From: Armatimonadota bacterium
Lineage (GTDB): Bacteria; Bacillota; Desulfotomaculia; Desulfotomaculales; Nap2-2B
Direction of reading: 5' to 3'
DNA: 64,000 bases
Assembly (NCBI GenBank): GCA_023511535.1
Contig: JAIMBK010000003.1
Coordinates: forward strand, 25,471 to 89,470
The notes under the pieces are model-generated. The model ran no database searches and was not told the origin of the DNA. It worked only from the letters and a program-made list of their open reading frames with translations. The position numbers were made by a program, and so were the translations under genes. Below, piece by piece: positions 9,419-17,745 of this stretch (position 1 is the stretch's first letter; the number at the start of each line of letters is the position of its first letter).

Positions 9419-11848
9419 TCAGCTTACTTCCTTGTTTTGAAAGGTTCTTTTGAATTGTTCCAGGGTCATCAGGACCGGCCGGGGTTTGCTGCCGTCAAAT
9501 TTCCCCACGATTCCCCTTTGCTCCATGATGTCCACGAGCCGGGCGGCCCTGGCGTAGCCGATGTGGAAGCGCCTTTGCAGCAGGGAGATGGAAGCGGTTC
9601 CTTTTTCAATGAAAAGCTGCACGGCCTGGGGAAGCAATTCGTCCTCTTCTTCGGCCAGGGCGGAATGGTTTTCCGGAAGCTCCATTTCCGCCACTTCCTG
9701 GTCGTAAACCGGTTTGGCCTGCTCCTTGAGAAAGGCTACCAGGGCCTCCACTTCCTTATCCGAAAGGAAGGTTCCCTGCACCCGCACCGGTTTGGGCGCT
9801 CCCACGGGGAAGAAGAGCATATCCCCCCTCCCCAGCAGCTTTTCGGCGCCGCCGATGTCCAGGATGGTGCGCGAGTCCATCTGCGAAGAAACGGCGAACG
9901 AGATCCGGGAGGGAATGTTGGCCTTGATCAAACCGGTGATGATGTCCACCGAAGGGCGCTGGGTGGCCACCACCAGGTGCAGGCCGGCGGCCCTGGCCAT
10001 TTGCGCCAGGCGGCAGATGGAATCCTCCACCTCGGCTGGCGCAACCATCATCAGGTCGGCCAGTTCGTCGATGATGATGACGATAAACGGCAGCGGACCG
10101 TCGCCGGCACCCCCGGCATGGACAACCCCGCCGCCGGCAGCCCCACCGGGGATACTCCCGGTATGCATACCCCTTTCGCCGGCGCTCCTGTTCTTGTCCC
10201 CGGCGCCCCCGCCGCCGGCCCCCGTTTCCCCGCCGGCTCCCGGCTCCCCCGCTTCATTTGCGCTTCCGGAAACGGGGCTCCTGGGCTGGCCCGCGTACAG
10301 CTGCTCATTGTACCGGGCAATGTCCTTGGCGCCGGCCGCGGCAAACAACTCGTAGCGCCGCTCCATTTCCTTGACCGCCCAGTGCAGAATGCCGGCCGCC
10401 TTTTTCGGACTGGTGACCACCGGGGTGATCAAATGCGGAATCCCGTTGTAGGTGATCAGTTCGACCATTTTGGGGTCGATTAAGATAAACTTTACTTCGT
10501 CCGGCGTGGCCTTAAACAGGATGCTGGCCACAATCGTGTTGATGCAAACGCTTTTTCCGGAGCCGGTGGCGCCGGCCACCAGCAGGTGGGGCATTTGGGC
10601 CAGGTCGGCGACGACGGGCGCGCCGGCGATATCTTTGCCCAGCGCCACGGTAAGCCGGGAAGGGGATTGCTGGAACTCCTTGCTTTCCAGCAACTCCCGC
10701 AAGTGGACGGTTGCTGTTTTCCGGTTCGGCACCTCGATGCCGATGGCGGCCCGGCCGGGGATGGGCGCCTCAATCCGGACCTGCGGGGCGGCCAGGGCCA
10801 GGGCCAGGTCGTCGGCCAGCCCGACGATGCGGCTCACCTTGACTCCCGCCGGCGGCTGGATTTCGTAGCGGGTGATGGCCGGACCAACAGTCACCTGCGT
10901 TACGCGGGCCGTTATGCCGAAGCTGGCCAGGGTTTCCTCCAGGATGCCGATCTTCTCGTTGATTTCCTTGTCGGTAACCCCGGATTCCCGGCCTTTTGCC
11001 GGGGACAGTAAAGATGCCGGCGGAAGCTGGCAGGTTTTGCCGCTGCGCACGGAAAAGGGGATTACCTTGCTCTCTTTTTTGTTTTGATCTTCCTGCTGTT
11101 TTTTGGCGGGGTGCCGCTCTCTGTCCCGGTCGGCTGCTGCTTCCGGGCGGTTGGCAATAATTACTTTTTTGCCGGCGCCTTGATCTTTTTGTTCGCCTTT
11201 GCTTTCCCCTTCCTCTTCTTTGATTTCCTCAAAAAGGAAATTAGAAATCCTGTGCACGGCCTTTCGTCCCGCCAGGGACAGGCGGGTCCCGAAGATTTGC
11301 CCCAACTGCGCCAGCGAAAGACCCGTCAAGAGGATCACCGCCACGATCAGCAGCGAGGTTAAGATAATATAGCTGCCCGCAAGGCCGAAATACTTGACCA
11401 GCAAGTAGCTGCCCAGAGCTCCCAGCAGCCCGCCGCCCTGACCCTGTTTTCCGGCGGAAAAGGTTTCGGCGAGGGGTACCCCGAGGTGCAAAAAGGTTAA
11501 AGCCACCAGCAGCAGCAGGGTAAGCCCGGTAAGCCGGGAGGTAATCTGAAGGTTCTGACGCTGCCGGATTATTTCCCAGCCAATGAAAAGAAAAAACAGG
11601 GGCAGCAGGTACCGGCCCGCCCCGGCGATACTGACGAGGCCCTGCCTGAGCAGGCTCCCGGCTGTTCCGGCGGCGGGCGTGAAAAGGCTGACCAGGCCGA
11701 GAAGCGCCAGGGTGATCGTGGCAATGCCCGCAAGCTCAAACTTCAACTCCGTGGGTGGCGGCTTGGCCACGCCGGCATTCCCCCTTTGCAAGCAGGTAAC
11801 CGCGAAGGCGCATAAAGCGCATAGAACCAAAGTTATCAAGGCTATCAA
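9419..11848 (-). CDS. ftsK: DNA translocase FtsK/SpoIIIE
   Basis: N-terminal TM segments, Walker A GATGSGKS, Walker B IIIDELADLM, C-terminal gamma wHTH (SISLLQRRFHIGYARAARLVD). Carries a Gly/Ala-rich insert (see findings). Confidence 0.9.
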   Translation of the reverse strand: MIALITLVLCALCAFAVTCLQRGNAGVAKPPPTELKFELAGIATITLALLGLVSLFTPAAGTAGSLLRQGLVSIAGAGRYLLPLFFLFIGWEIIRQRQNLQITSRLTGLTLLLLVALTFLHLGVPLAETFSAGKQGQGGGLLGALGSYLLVKYFGLAGSYIILTSLLIVAVILLTGLSLAQLGQIFGTRLSLAGRKAVHRISNFLFEEIKEEEGESKGEQKDQGAGKKVIIANRPEAAADRDRERHPAKKQQEDQNKKESKVIPFSVRSGKTCQLPPASLLSPAKGRESGVTDKEINEKIGILEETLASFGITARVTQVTVGPAITRYEIQPPAGVKVSRIVGLADDLALALAAPQVRIEAPIPGRAAIGIEVPNRKTATVHLRELLESKEFQQSPSRLTVALGKDIAGAPVVADLAQMPHLLVAGATGSGKSVCINTIVASILFKATPDEVKFILIDPKMVELITYNGIPHLITPVVTSPKKAAGILHWAVKEMERRYELFAAAGAKDIARYNEQLYAGQPRSPVSGSANEAGEPGAGGETGAGGGGAGDKNRSAGERGMHTGSIPGGAAGGGVVHAGGAGDGPLPFIVIIIDELADLMMVAPAEVEDSICRLAQMARAAGLHLVVATQRPSVDIITGLIKANIPSRISFAVSSQMDSRTILDIGGAEKLLGRGDMLFFPVGAPKPVRVQGTFLSDKEVEALVAFLKEQAKPVYDQEVAEMELPENHSALAEEEDELLPQAVQLFIEKGTASISLLQRRFHIGYARAARLVDIMEQRGIVGKFDGSKPRPVLMTLEQFKRTFQNKEVS

Positions 11849-12061
11849 CGAAAAAGCGACAAATAACCCTTTTTCTCCTCAAAGCTTACCATAAAGTGGG
11901 CGAATAGGCAAGCCGGGCCAGGGAAAAAGGCCGGGGGAAACTGACATAAAAAGGAGTGCGGTTGCGGGACCTCCCCGTGGCTCCGGAGAAGATTCCGGCG
12001 GCGATGAAACAAATAAGGATAATAGAGAAATACAGCCAGTTTTTACCTGGTAAAATTCTTG

Positions 12062-12091
12062 TTGACAAAGGTTTTTCCGTTATGGTATTAT
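12062..12091 (+). promoter_or_regulatory. Sigma-A-type promoter with extended -10
   Basis: TTGACA (12062-12067), an 18-nt spacer including TG at 12083-12084, then TATTAT (12086-12091). Confidence 0.6.
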
Positions 12092-12111
12092 TTCGCCAGT
12101 CAATTTGATAA

Positions 12112-12164
12112 CGGTTGAGTTGAGATGAGTTTGCGGTTCGTCAGCTTAGGTGAGTTGAGATGAG
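12112..12164 (+). promoter_or_regulatory. Phased (G/U)AG triplet array in the 5' leader (candidate RNA-binding-protein site)
   Basis: GAG at 12117, 12122, 12127. CAG at 12142, TAG at 12147. GAG at 12152, 12157, 12162. All are on one 5-nt register. Confidence 0.55.
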
Positions 12165-12184
12165 CGGCAGGTTTACGTGGTAAT

Positions 12185-12222
12185 AAACCGGCGTTCGTCT
12201 GCAACGCTGGTTTTTTATTTTA
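12185..12222 (+). terminator. Intrinsic terminator / attenuator upstream of dctP
   Basis: Stem CCGGCGTT (12188-12195) / AACGCTGG (12203-12210), 7-nt loop, then TTTTTTATTTT. It lies between the promoter and the dctP RBS. Confidence 0.75.
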
Positions 12223-12242
12223 ATCTTAAGGAGGTTCGACCC

Positions 12243-13337
12243 ATGCCGACCAACCCACAACCAACCGCCCGCCTGTTTCAAAGACCGGTTCTTCTCCTGC
12301 TGGCGGCCCTGCTCGGCCTCGGGCTGCTTTTCGGCGGCTGCGGCCGGCAGGAGGCCCAGCCTCCAAAAGAAGGGCAGGCCCCGCAAGAGGCCAAACCGAT
12401 CACCTTAAAATACGCCTTCTTTGCCCCCGCCAACACCTTCCCGGCCAGGCAAATGGATAAGTGGGCCGAAGAGGTGGAGAAGCGGACCAACGGCAAGGTC
12501 AAGGTGGAAAAATTCCCCGGGGGCACCCTGCTTACCGCCCAGAACATGTACGACGGCGTCTTAAAAGGAGTGGCGGACATCGGACTCTCCTGCCCCTCCT
12601 ACGAACCCGGCCGGTTCCCGCTCATCGGCGTCAGCGACCAGCCCGTGGCCTACCCCAACGCCAGGGTGGCCAGCCTGGTCCTCTACGACCTGGTCAAAGA
12701 ATTCCAGCCCCAGGAACTGGCCGACTTTAAGGTTCTCACCGTTTTTAACACCGAACCCGCGTACATCCAGTCCAAAAAGCCGGTGCAAAGATTAGAAGAC
12801 ATTACCGGCTTGCGCCTGCGCACCACCGGCACGGGGGTTCCGGTGCTCAAAGCCTTGGGCGGCACCCCGGTGGGCATGCCCCAGTCGGAAATCGCCCAGG
12901 CCCTGCAGACCGGGGTCATCGACGGGTACATCACCAGCCGGGAAGTGCTCCTCGACTTTAAGTACGCCGAAACCGTCAAATACGTCACGGACTATCCCCT
13001 GGTCACCGTCTCCTTTGCGGCGGTGATGAACAAGAACGTCTGGAACTCCCTGCCCCCGGACGTGCAAAAGGTGATCGACGACCTGGGCCGGGAAATGGCC
13101 CTCTGGACGGGGACCTACCTGGACAACCACGTCAAGGAAAGCCTGGCCTGGGCCACCAAAGAACAGGGCCTGAAAGTAATCACCTTAACCCCGGAAGAAA
13201 AGGCCCGGTGGGACGCCAAATTAAAGGGAGTCACCGACGCCTACGTTAAAGAAGTGGAAGCCAAGGGGCTCCCGGCGCAAAAGTTTCTCCAGCGGCTTAC
13301 CGAACTAAGGGATAAGTACGCTCAAGAATACAAGTAG
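12243..13337 (+). CDS. dctP: TRAP transporter substrate-binding protein (DctP family), lipoprotein
   Basis: ATG 12243 after RBS AAGGAGG. Signal peptide with lipobox LFGGC. DctP-family body. DctQ and DctM follow. Confidence 0.85.
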   Translation: MPTNPQPTARLFQRPVLLLLAALLGLGLLFGGCGRQEAQPPKEGQAPQEAKPITLKYAFFAPANTFPARQMDKWAEEVEKRTNGKVKVEKFPGGTLLTAQNMYDGVLKGVADIGLSCPSYEPGRFPLIGVSDQPVAYPNARVASLVLYDLVKEFQPQELADFKVLTVFNTEPAYIQSKKPVQRLEDITGLRLRTTGTGVPVLKALGGTPVGMPQSEIAQALQTGVIDGYITSREVLLDFKYAETVKYVTDYPLVTVSFAAVMNKNVWNSLPPDVQKVIDDLGREMALWTGTYLDNHVKESLAWATKEQGLKVITLTPEEKARWDAKLKGVTDAYVKEVEAKGLPAQKFLQRLTELRDKYAQEYK

Positions 13338-13456
13338 GTGGCCTGAAAAAAAAGTTATTACCTGCTCCAAAAAATAACTTTTTCGTCCTCTGTCGGGTCG
13401 CAAAAAACATATGGTCTGAATTCCCAATCCCTGCTTTCAAGGAGGACGTTTTTCCC

Positions 13457-13933
13457 GTGGAAAAATTCATCCACCGCTTAAACACAGGGCTGGCCTGGGT
13501 GGCTGCAGGGGCCTTGATGATCATGATGCTCCTCTCCGTGGCCAACATCATTTTGCGCCTGGCCCACCGCCCCTTAGGGGGCACCGCCGAGGCCGTCGGC
13601 TGGCTGGCGGCCGTCACCGCCGCCTTTGCCTTAGGTTACGCCCAGCTGCACCGCGGCCACGTGGCCATCGACCTGTTCGTGGCGCGCCTCCCGGCCCGCC
13701 CCCGGGCCGGCATCGCCGCCGCCGCCTCCTTTGCTGCCGCGGCCTTCTTCGCCCTGGCTGCCTGGCGGGTGGGGGTGCTGGCCCACCGCTTAGGGCAGCT
13801 GGGCAAGCTCTCCGAAACGATGCACGTGAGCTATTATCCCTTTACTTACGCCGTGGCCTTCGGCCTGGCCTGCCTTGCCCTGGTCCTTTTGGTGGATCTG
13901 CTCAAAGCGGGGAAAGGGGTCTTTGGGAAATGA
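13457..13933 (+). CDS. dctQ: TRAP transporter small permease (DctQ)
   Basis: 158-aa protein with four hydrophobic spans. Its stop overlaps the dctM start (ATGA). Confidence 0.8.
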   Translation: MEKFIHRLNTGLAWVAAGALMIMMLLSVANIILRLAHRPLGGTAEAVGWLAAVTAAFALGYAQLHRGHVAIDLFVARLPARPRAGIAAAASFAAAAFFALAAWRVGVLAHRLGQLGKLSETMHVSYYPFTYAVAFGLACLALVLLVDLLKAGKGVFGK

Positions 13934-15210
13934 GCGCCCTTCTCGGCACAGGGTTGATGGTCGTCCTCATGCTCCTGGGGATGCCCGTGGGCTTTGCCAT
14001 GCTGCTGGCCGGCTTTGTAGGGTTTTGCCTCGTAACCTCTCCGGAAGCCGCCCTGAATATGTTAAGCGGGGACATCTGGGAGCAGTTTTCCTCCTACGGC
14101 TTAAGCGTCATTCCCTTGTTTGTGCTCATGGGCAGCATCGCCTTTCACTCCGGGGTGACCGAAAGCCTTTACCGGGCGGCGTACAAGTGGGTGGGGCACT
14201 TCAAAGGCGGCCTGGCCAGCACCACCATCGTGGCCAGCATGGGCTTTGCCGCCATCTGCGGCTCCAATGCCGCCACCGCCGCCACCATGGGGACCATCGC
14301 CCTGCCGCAGATGAAAAAATACCGCTACGACCCGGCCTTGAGCGCGGCCAGCGTGGCCTGCGGCGGCACCTTGGGGGTGGTCGTTCCCCCCAGCGTGGTC
14401 CTCATCGTCATCGCCATCCAGACCGAACAGTCCATCGGCAAACTGTTTGTGGCCAACGTTATCCCCGGGATTCTTTTGGGCCTTTTGTTTTTGCTCACCA
14501 TTTCTTTTTTATGTCTGAAGAATCCCAGACTTGGCCCCGCCGGGGAAAAGGCGAGCTTTCAAGAAAGGCTGGCCGCCCTGCCCGGGGTGATCGAAACTCT
14601 GGTGTTGTTTGCCCTGGTCATCGGCGGCCTCTACCTGGGGTGGTTCACCCCCACTGAGGCCGGTGCCGCCGGTTCCTTCGGCGCCCTCGTCATTGCCCTT
14701 CTCCAGCGCCAGCTGACCTGGAAAGGGTTTGCCGGCGCCGTTCTCGAGACCATCCGCATCTCGGCCATGGTCATGGTCCTGGTGACCGGCGCCGTCATCT
14801 TCGGCCGCTTTTTAACCGTCACCAGGCTCCCCTATATTTTAACCGACTGGGCGGCGGCCCTGCCCGTTCCCCCCTTTGTGGTCCTGGGGATCATCATCGC
14901 CATCTACACCTTAGGGGGCATGTTCATGGACGCCCTGGGCTTTCTGGTGGTGACCATCCCGGTTTTTTTCCCGCTGGCCCTGGCTCTAGGCTACGACCCC
15001 TTGTGGTTTTCGGTGCTCTTGAACATCCTCACCACCATGGGGGCGGTGACCCCGCCGGTGGGAGTGTGCGCGTATATTGTGAGCGGGCTTGGTGAAAACC
15101 TGCCCCTGCAGGTGGTCTTCAAGGGTATTCTGTACTTTTTGCCCGCTTATTTTGCCGTCGTTATAATTCTGATTGCCTTTCCGCAAACGATTACCTTTTT
15201 AACCAGTTAA
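13930..15210 (+). CDS. dctM: TRAP transporter large permease (DctM)
   Basis: 426-aa polytopic protein typical of the DctM family. Confidence 0.9.
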   Translation: MSALLGTGLMVVLMLLGMPVGFAMLLAGFVGFCLVTSPEAALNMLSGDIWEQFSSYGLSVIPLFVLMGSIAFHSGVTESLYRAAYKWVGHFKGGLASTTIVASMGFAAICGSNAATAATMGTIALPQMKKYRYDPALSAASVACGGTLGVVVPPSVVLIVIAIQTEQSIGKLFVANVIPGILLGLLFLLTISFLCLKNPRLGPAGEKASFQERLAALPGVIETLVLFALVIGGLYLGWFTPTEAGAAGSFGALVIALLQRQLTWKGFAGAVLETIRISAMVMVLVTGAVIFGRFLTVTRLPYILTDWAAALPVPPFVVLGIIIAIYTLGGMFMDALGFLVVTIPVFFPLALALGYDPLWFSVLLNILTTMGAVTPPVGVCAYIVSGLGENLPLQVVFKGILYFLPAYFAVVIILIAFPQTITFLTS

Positions 15211-15241
15211 AATTAATCATATCCAGAAAAAGGTATACCCT

Positions 15242-15271
15242 TAATTCCTAATCCCAAATTCCTAATTCCTG
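15242..15271 (+). repeat. Heptamer tract (YAAYYCC)n-TG, copy H2, 5' of iorA RBS
   Basis: TAATTCC TAATCCC AAATTCC TAATTCC TG, followed by cttttaAGGAGG and ATG 15294. Confidence 0.85.
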
Positions 15272-15293
15272 CTTTTAAGGAGGCGGTAGACGC

Positions 15294-17084
15294 ATGCCCA
15301 AACATCTTCTCCTGGGCAACGAAGCCATCGCCTGGGGGCTGGTGGAGGGCGGCCTGCAGGTGGCCGCCGCCTACCCGGGCACCCCCTCTTCGGAGGTCTT
15401 CGGCACCCTGGCCCGACTGGCCCCCACCAAAGGTTTCTACGCCGAGTGGTCGGTCAACGAAAAAGTGGCTCTGGAAGTAGCCGCCGGGGCGGCCTACGCC
15501 GGGGCCCGGGCGGCGGTGAGCATGAAGCAGGTGGGCTTGAACGTGGCCGCCGATCCGTTAATGGCCCTGGCCTACATCGGCGTCAAAGGGGGCCTGGTCC
15601 TGGTGGTGGCCGACGACCCCGGTCCCCACAGTTCCCAGACCGAGCAGGACACCCGGCTCTTTGCCCGCTTCGCCGGCCTGCCTGTGTTAGATCCGGCTAC
15701 CCCGCAAGAGGCCAAAGAAATGGCCAAAGCCGCCTTTGCCCTTTCCGAGGTCCTGGGTCTCCCGGTGATCTTGCGGCCCACCACCCGAGTGGCCCACGTC
15801 GGCCAGGATGTCGGGATCGACGAAACGGTGGTCTCGCCCCCCTTCACAGGGAAATTTGCCAAAGACCCCCGCTGGGTGATCTTCCCCAGCTTAGCGGCTA
15901 AACGCCACGTCTGGCTAAACCGTCAGCAGGAAGCGGCCCAGAAGCTATTGGCCGCCACCCCCTTTAATGTTTTCCGGGAAGCAGAGAGCGAACTGGGCAT
16001 TCTTGCCTCCGGGGTCAGCGCCACCTACGCCGAAGAAGCCCTCTTTGAGTTAGGGCTAAAAGTTAACCTCTTCAAGATCGGCACTCCCTATCCCTTGCCG
16101 ATAGAACCGGTGCTCAGCTTCTTAAAGCGCTTAAAACGCCTTTTGATCCTCGAAGAGCTGGAGCCGGTGGTGGAAGACCAGGTGATCCGCCTGGCCTGGC
16201 AGCATCGCCTGCCGGTGGAGATAGCCGGCAAGCACGATCACCTGGTCCCCCGGGAAGGGGAGTTCAACGTAGACCTGGTCCGGAAAATCATCGCCTTCTT
16301 TGCCGGAGTAGCAGATCAGCTCCCTCCGGAGATGGTTCTCCCCCCTTTGCCGGCCCGCCCCCCGGTCCTCTGCGCCGGGTGCCCCCACCGGGCTTCCTTC
16401 TATGCCTTGAAAAAGGCCGCGGAAGGAACGGACGCAGTCTTCACCGGGGACATCGGCTGCTATACCCTGGGCAACGCCCCGCCGCTTTCGATGGTGGATA
16501 CCTGTCTGTGCATGGGGGCCGGGATAAACATTGCCGCGGGGCTTTTCCGGGTGGGGCCCGCCCGCAAGCAGGTGGCCTTTTTAGGGGACTCCACCTTCTT
16601 TCACGCCGGCCTGCCCGGCCTGGTCAACGCCGTCTACAACCGGGCGGCCATCACCATCGTCGTTCTGGACAACCGCACCACGGCCATGACCGGCTACCAG
16701 CCCCACCCGGGGACCGGCCGAAATGCCGCCGGCAAACCCGCCCCGGTGATTGAGATCGCCGCTTTGGCCAGGGCCTGCGGGGTGGAATTTGTCCGGGTGG
16801 TGGACCCCTACGACCTCGCCGAAGCCGTGCGGGTGGCCAGAGAAGCCCTGGCTTTCCCCGGACCCGCGGTGGTGGTCATGCGCCGGGAGTGTGTTGCCTT
16901 AGCCCAACCTAAAAAACCCTGCCGGGTGGACCGGGAAAAGTGCCTGGAGTGCAACCTCTGCATAGAAGAGCTGGGCTGCCCGGCCCTTGCCCCCGGTCCG
17001 CAAATTACCCCTGCCTGCACCGGCTGCGGCCTGTGCGCGGCTGTCTGCCCGGCCGGCGCCATCTCCGGAGGTGAGCTTTCGTGA
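15294..17084 (+). CDS. iorA: Indolepyruvate:ferredoxin oxidoreductase subunit alpha
   Basis: TPP-enzyme layout (GDIGCYTLG, GDSTFFHAG) plus two C-terminal ferredoxin-type Cys clusters (CLECNLCIEELGCP, CTGCGLCAAVCP). About 596 aa. Confidence 0.9.
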   Translation: MPKHLLLGNEAIAWGLVEGGLQVAAAYPGTPSSEVFGTLARLAPTKGFYAEWSVNEKVALEVAAGAAYAGARAAVSMKQVGLNVAADPLMALAYIGVKGGLVLVVADDPGPHSSQTEQDTRLFARFAGLPVLDPATPQEAKEMAKAAFALSEVLGLPVILRPTTRVAHVGQDVGIDETVVSPPFTGKFAKDPRWVIFPSLAAKRHVWLNRQQEAAQKLLAATPFNVFREAESELGILASGVSATYAEEALFELGLKVNLFKIGTPYPLPIEPVLSFLKRLKRLLILEELEPVVEDQVIRLAWQHRLPVEIAGKHDHLVPREGEFNVDLVRKIIAFFAGVADQLPPEMVLPPLPARPPVLCAGCPHRASFYALKKAAEGTDAVFTGDIGCYTLGNAPPLSMVDTCLCMGAGINIAAGLFRVGPARKQVAFLGDSTFFHAGLPGLVNAVYNRAAITIVVLDNRTTAMTGYQPHPGTGRNAAGKPAPVIEIAALARACGVEFVRVVDPYDLAEAVRVAREALAFPGPAVVVMRRECVALAQPKKPCRVDREKCLECNLCIEELGCPALAPGPQITPACTGCGLCAAVCPAGAISGGELS

Positions 17085-17665
17085 GCTTTGATATCGTCAT
17101 CACCGGTGTGGGCGGCCAGGGCACCGTCCTGGCCGCCCGGGTGCTGGCCGCAGCGGCCATGGCCGCCGGTCTCCCCGTGCGCACCTCGGAAATCATCGGA
17201 ATGGCCCAGCGGGAAGGGGTGGTGATGAGCCAGGTGCGCTTCGGCGACCCCCTGTGGGGCGCCTTGATCCCGGACCGAAAAGCGGATCTGCTCTTAGGCT
17301 TTGAGCCCGCCGAAGCGGTCCGCGGCCTGCCCAAGCTAAAACCCGCCGGCGTGGCGGTGGTGAATACCACCCCCGTGATCCCCGTCACCGCCGCTTTAGG
17401 GTTGTCCGCCTACGACCCGCAGGCCTGCCTGGCTTACCTGCGGGAAAAAGTGCCCCGCCTCTACCTGCTGGAGGCTTCCCGCCTGGCCGCCGAAGCGGGG
17501 CACCCCCGGGCGGTCAACTCTGTCTTGCTGGGCGCCGCCGCCGCCCTGGACCTTTTGCCCTTTAGTGCCGGCTCCCTTTTGGACTGCCTTTTGGCGGCAG
17601 TGCCGGAAAAATACCGGGAGGTCAACAGGAGGGCTTTTGAGGCGGGGAAAATGGCCGTCGGGTAA
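17081..17665 (+). CDS. iorB: Indolepyruvate:ferredoxin oxidoreductase subunit beta
   Basis: GTG overlaps the iorA stop (GTGA). N-terminus DIVITGVGGQGTVLA is typical of the gamma/IorB family. Confidence 0.85.
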   Translation: MSFDIVITGVGGQGTVLAARVLAAAAMAAGLPVRTSEIIGMAQREGVVMSQVRFGDPLWGALIPDRKADLLLGFEPAEAVRGLPKLKPAGVAVVNTTPVIPVTAALGLSAYDPQACLAYLREKVPRLYLLEASRLAAEAGHPRAVNSVLLGAAAALDLLPFSAGSLLDCLLAAVPEKYREVNRRAFEAGKMAVG

Positions 17666-17693
17666 ATGAAAACAAATACAGCAAAAGTATCTA

Positions 17694-17726
17694 CCCCAAT
17701 TCCCAATTCCTAATTCCCAATTCCTG
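17694..17726 (+). repeat. Heptamer tract (YAAYYCC)n-TG, copy H3, 5' of paaK2 RBS
   Basis: CCCCAATTCC CAATTCC TAATTCC CAATTCC TG, then tatttaAGAGGTGa and ATG 17746. Confidence 0.85.
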
Positions 17727-17745
17727 TATTTAAGAGGTGATCACC

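Noticed and set aside
9437-10483. 348-aa and other long + strand ORFs inside ftsK. Similar long antisense ORFs lie in ilvD (24757-25590), the mutase (26661-27446), crotonase (42799-43398) and others.
   Set aside because: All are antisense to genes with unambiguous conserved motifs, and their translations are low-complexity R/G/P/H-rich. They are GC-driven artefacts.
15242-15271. Heptamer tracts read as a CRISPR array or telomere-like termini
   Set aside because: The period is 7 nt with no spacers, the tracts are 13-110 nt long and scattered, and they are internal to a gene-dense chromosome. That architecture is neither CRISPR nor a replicon end.
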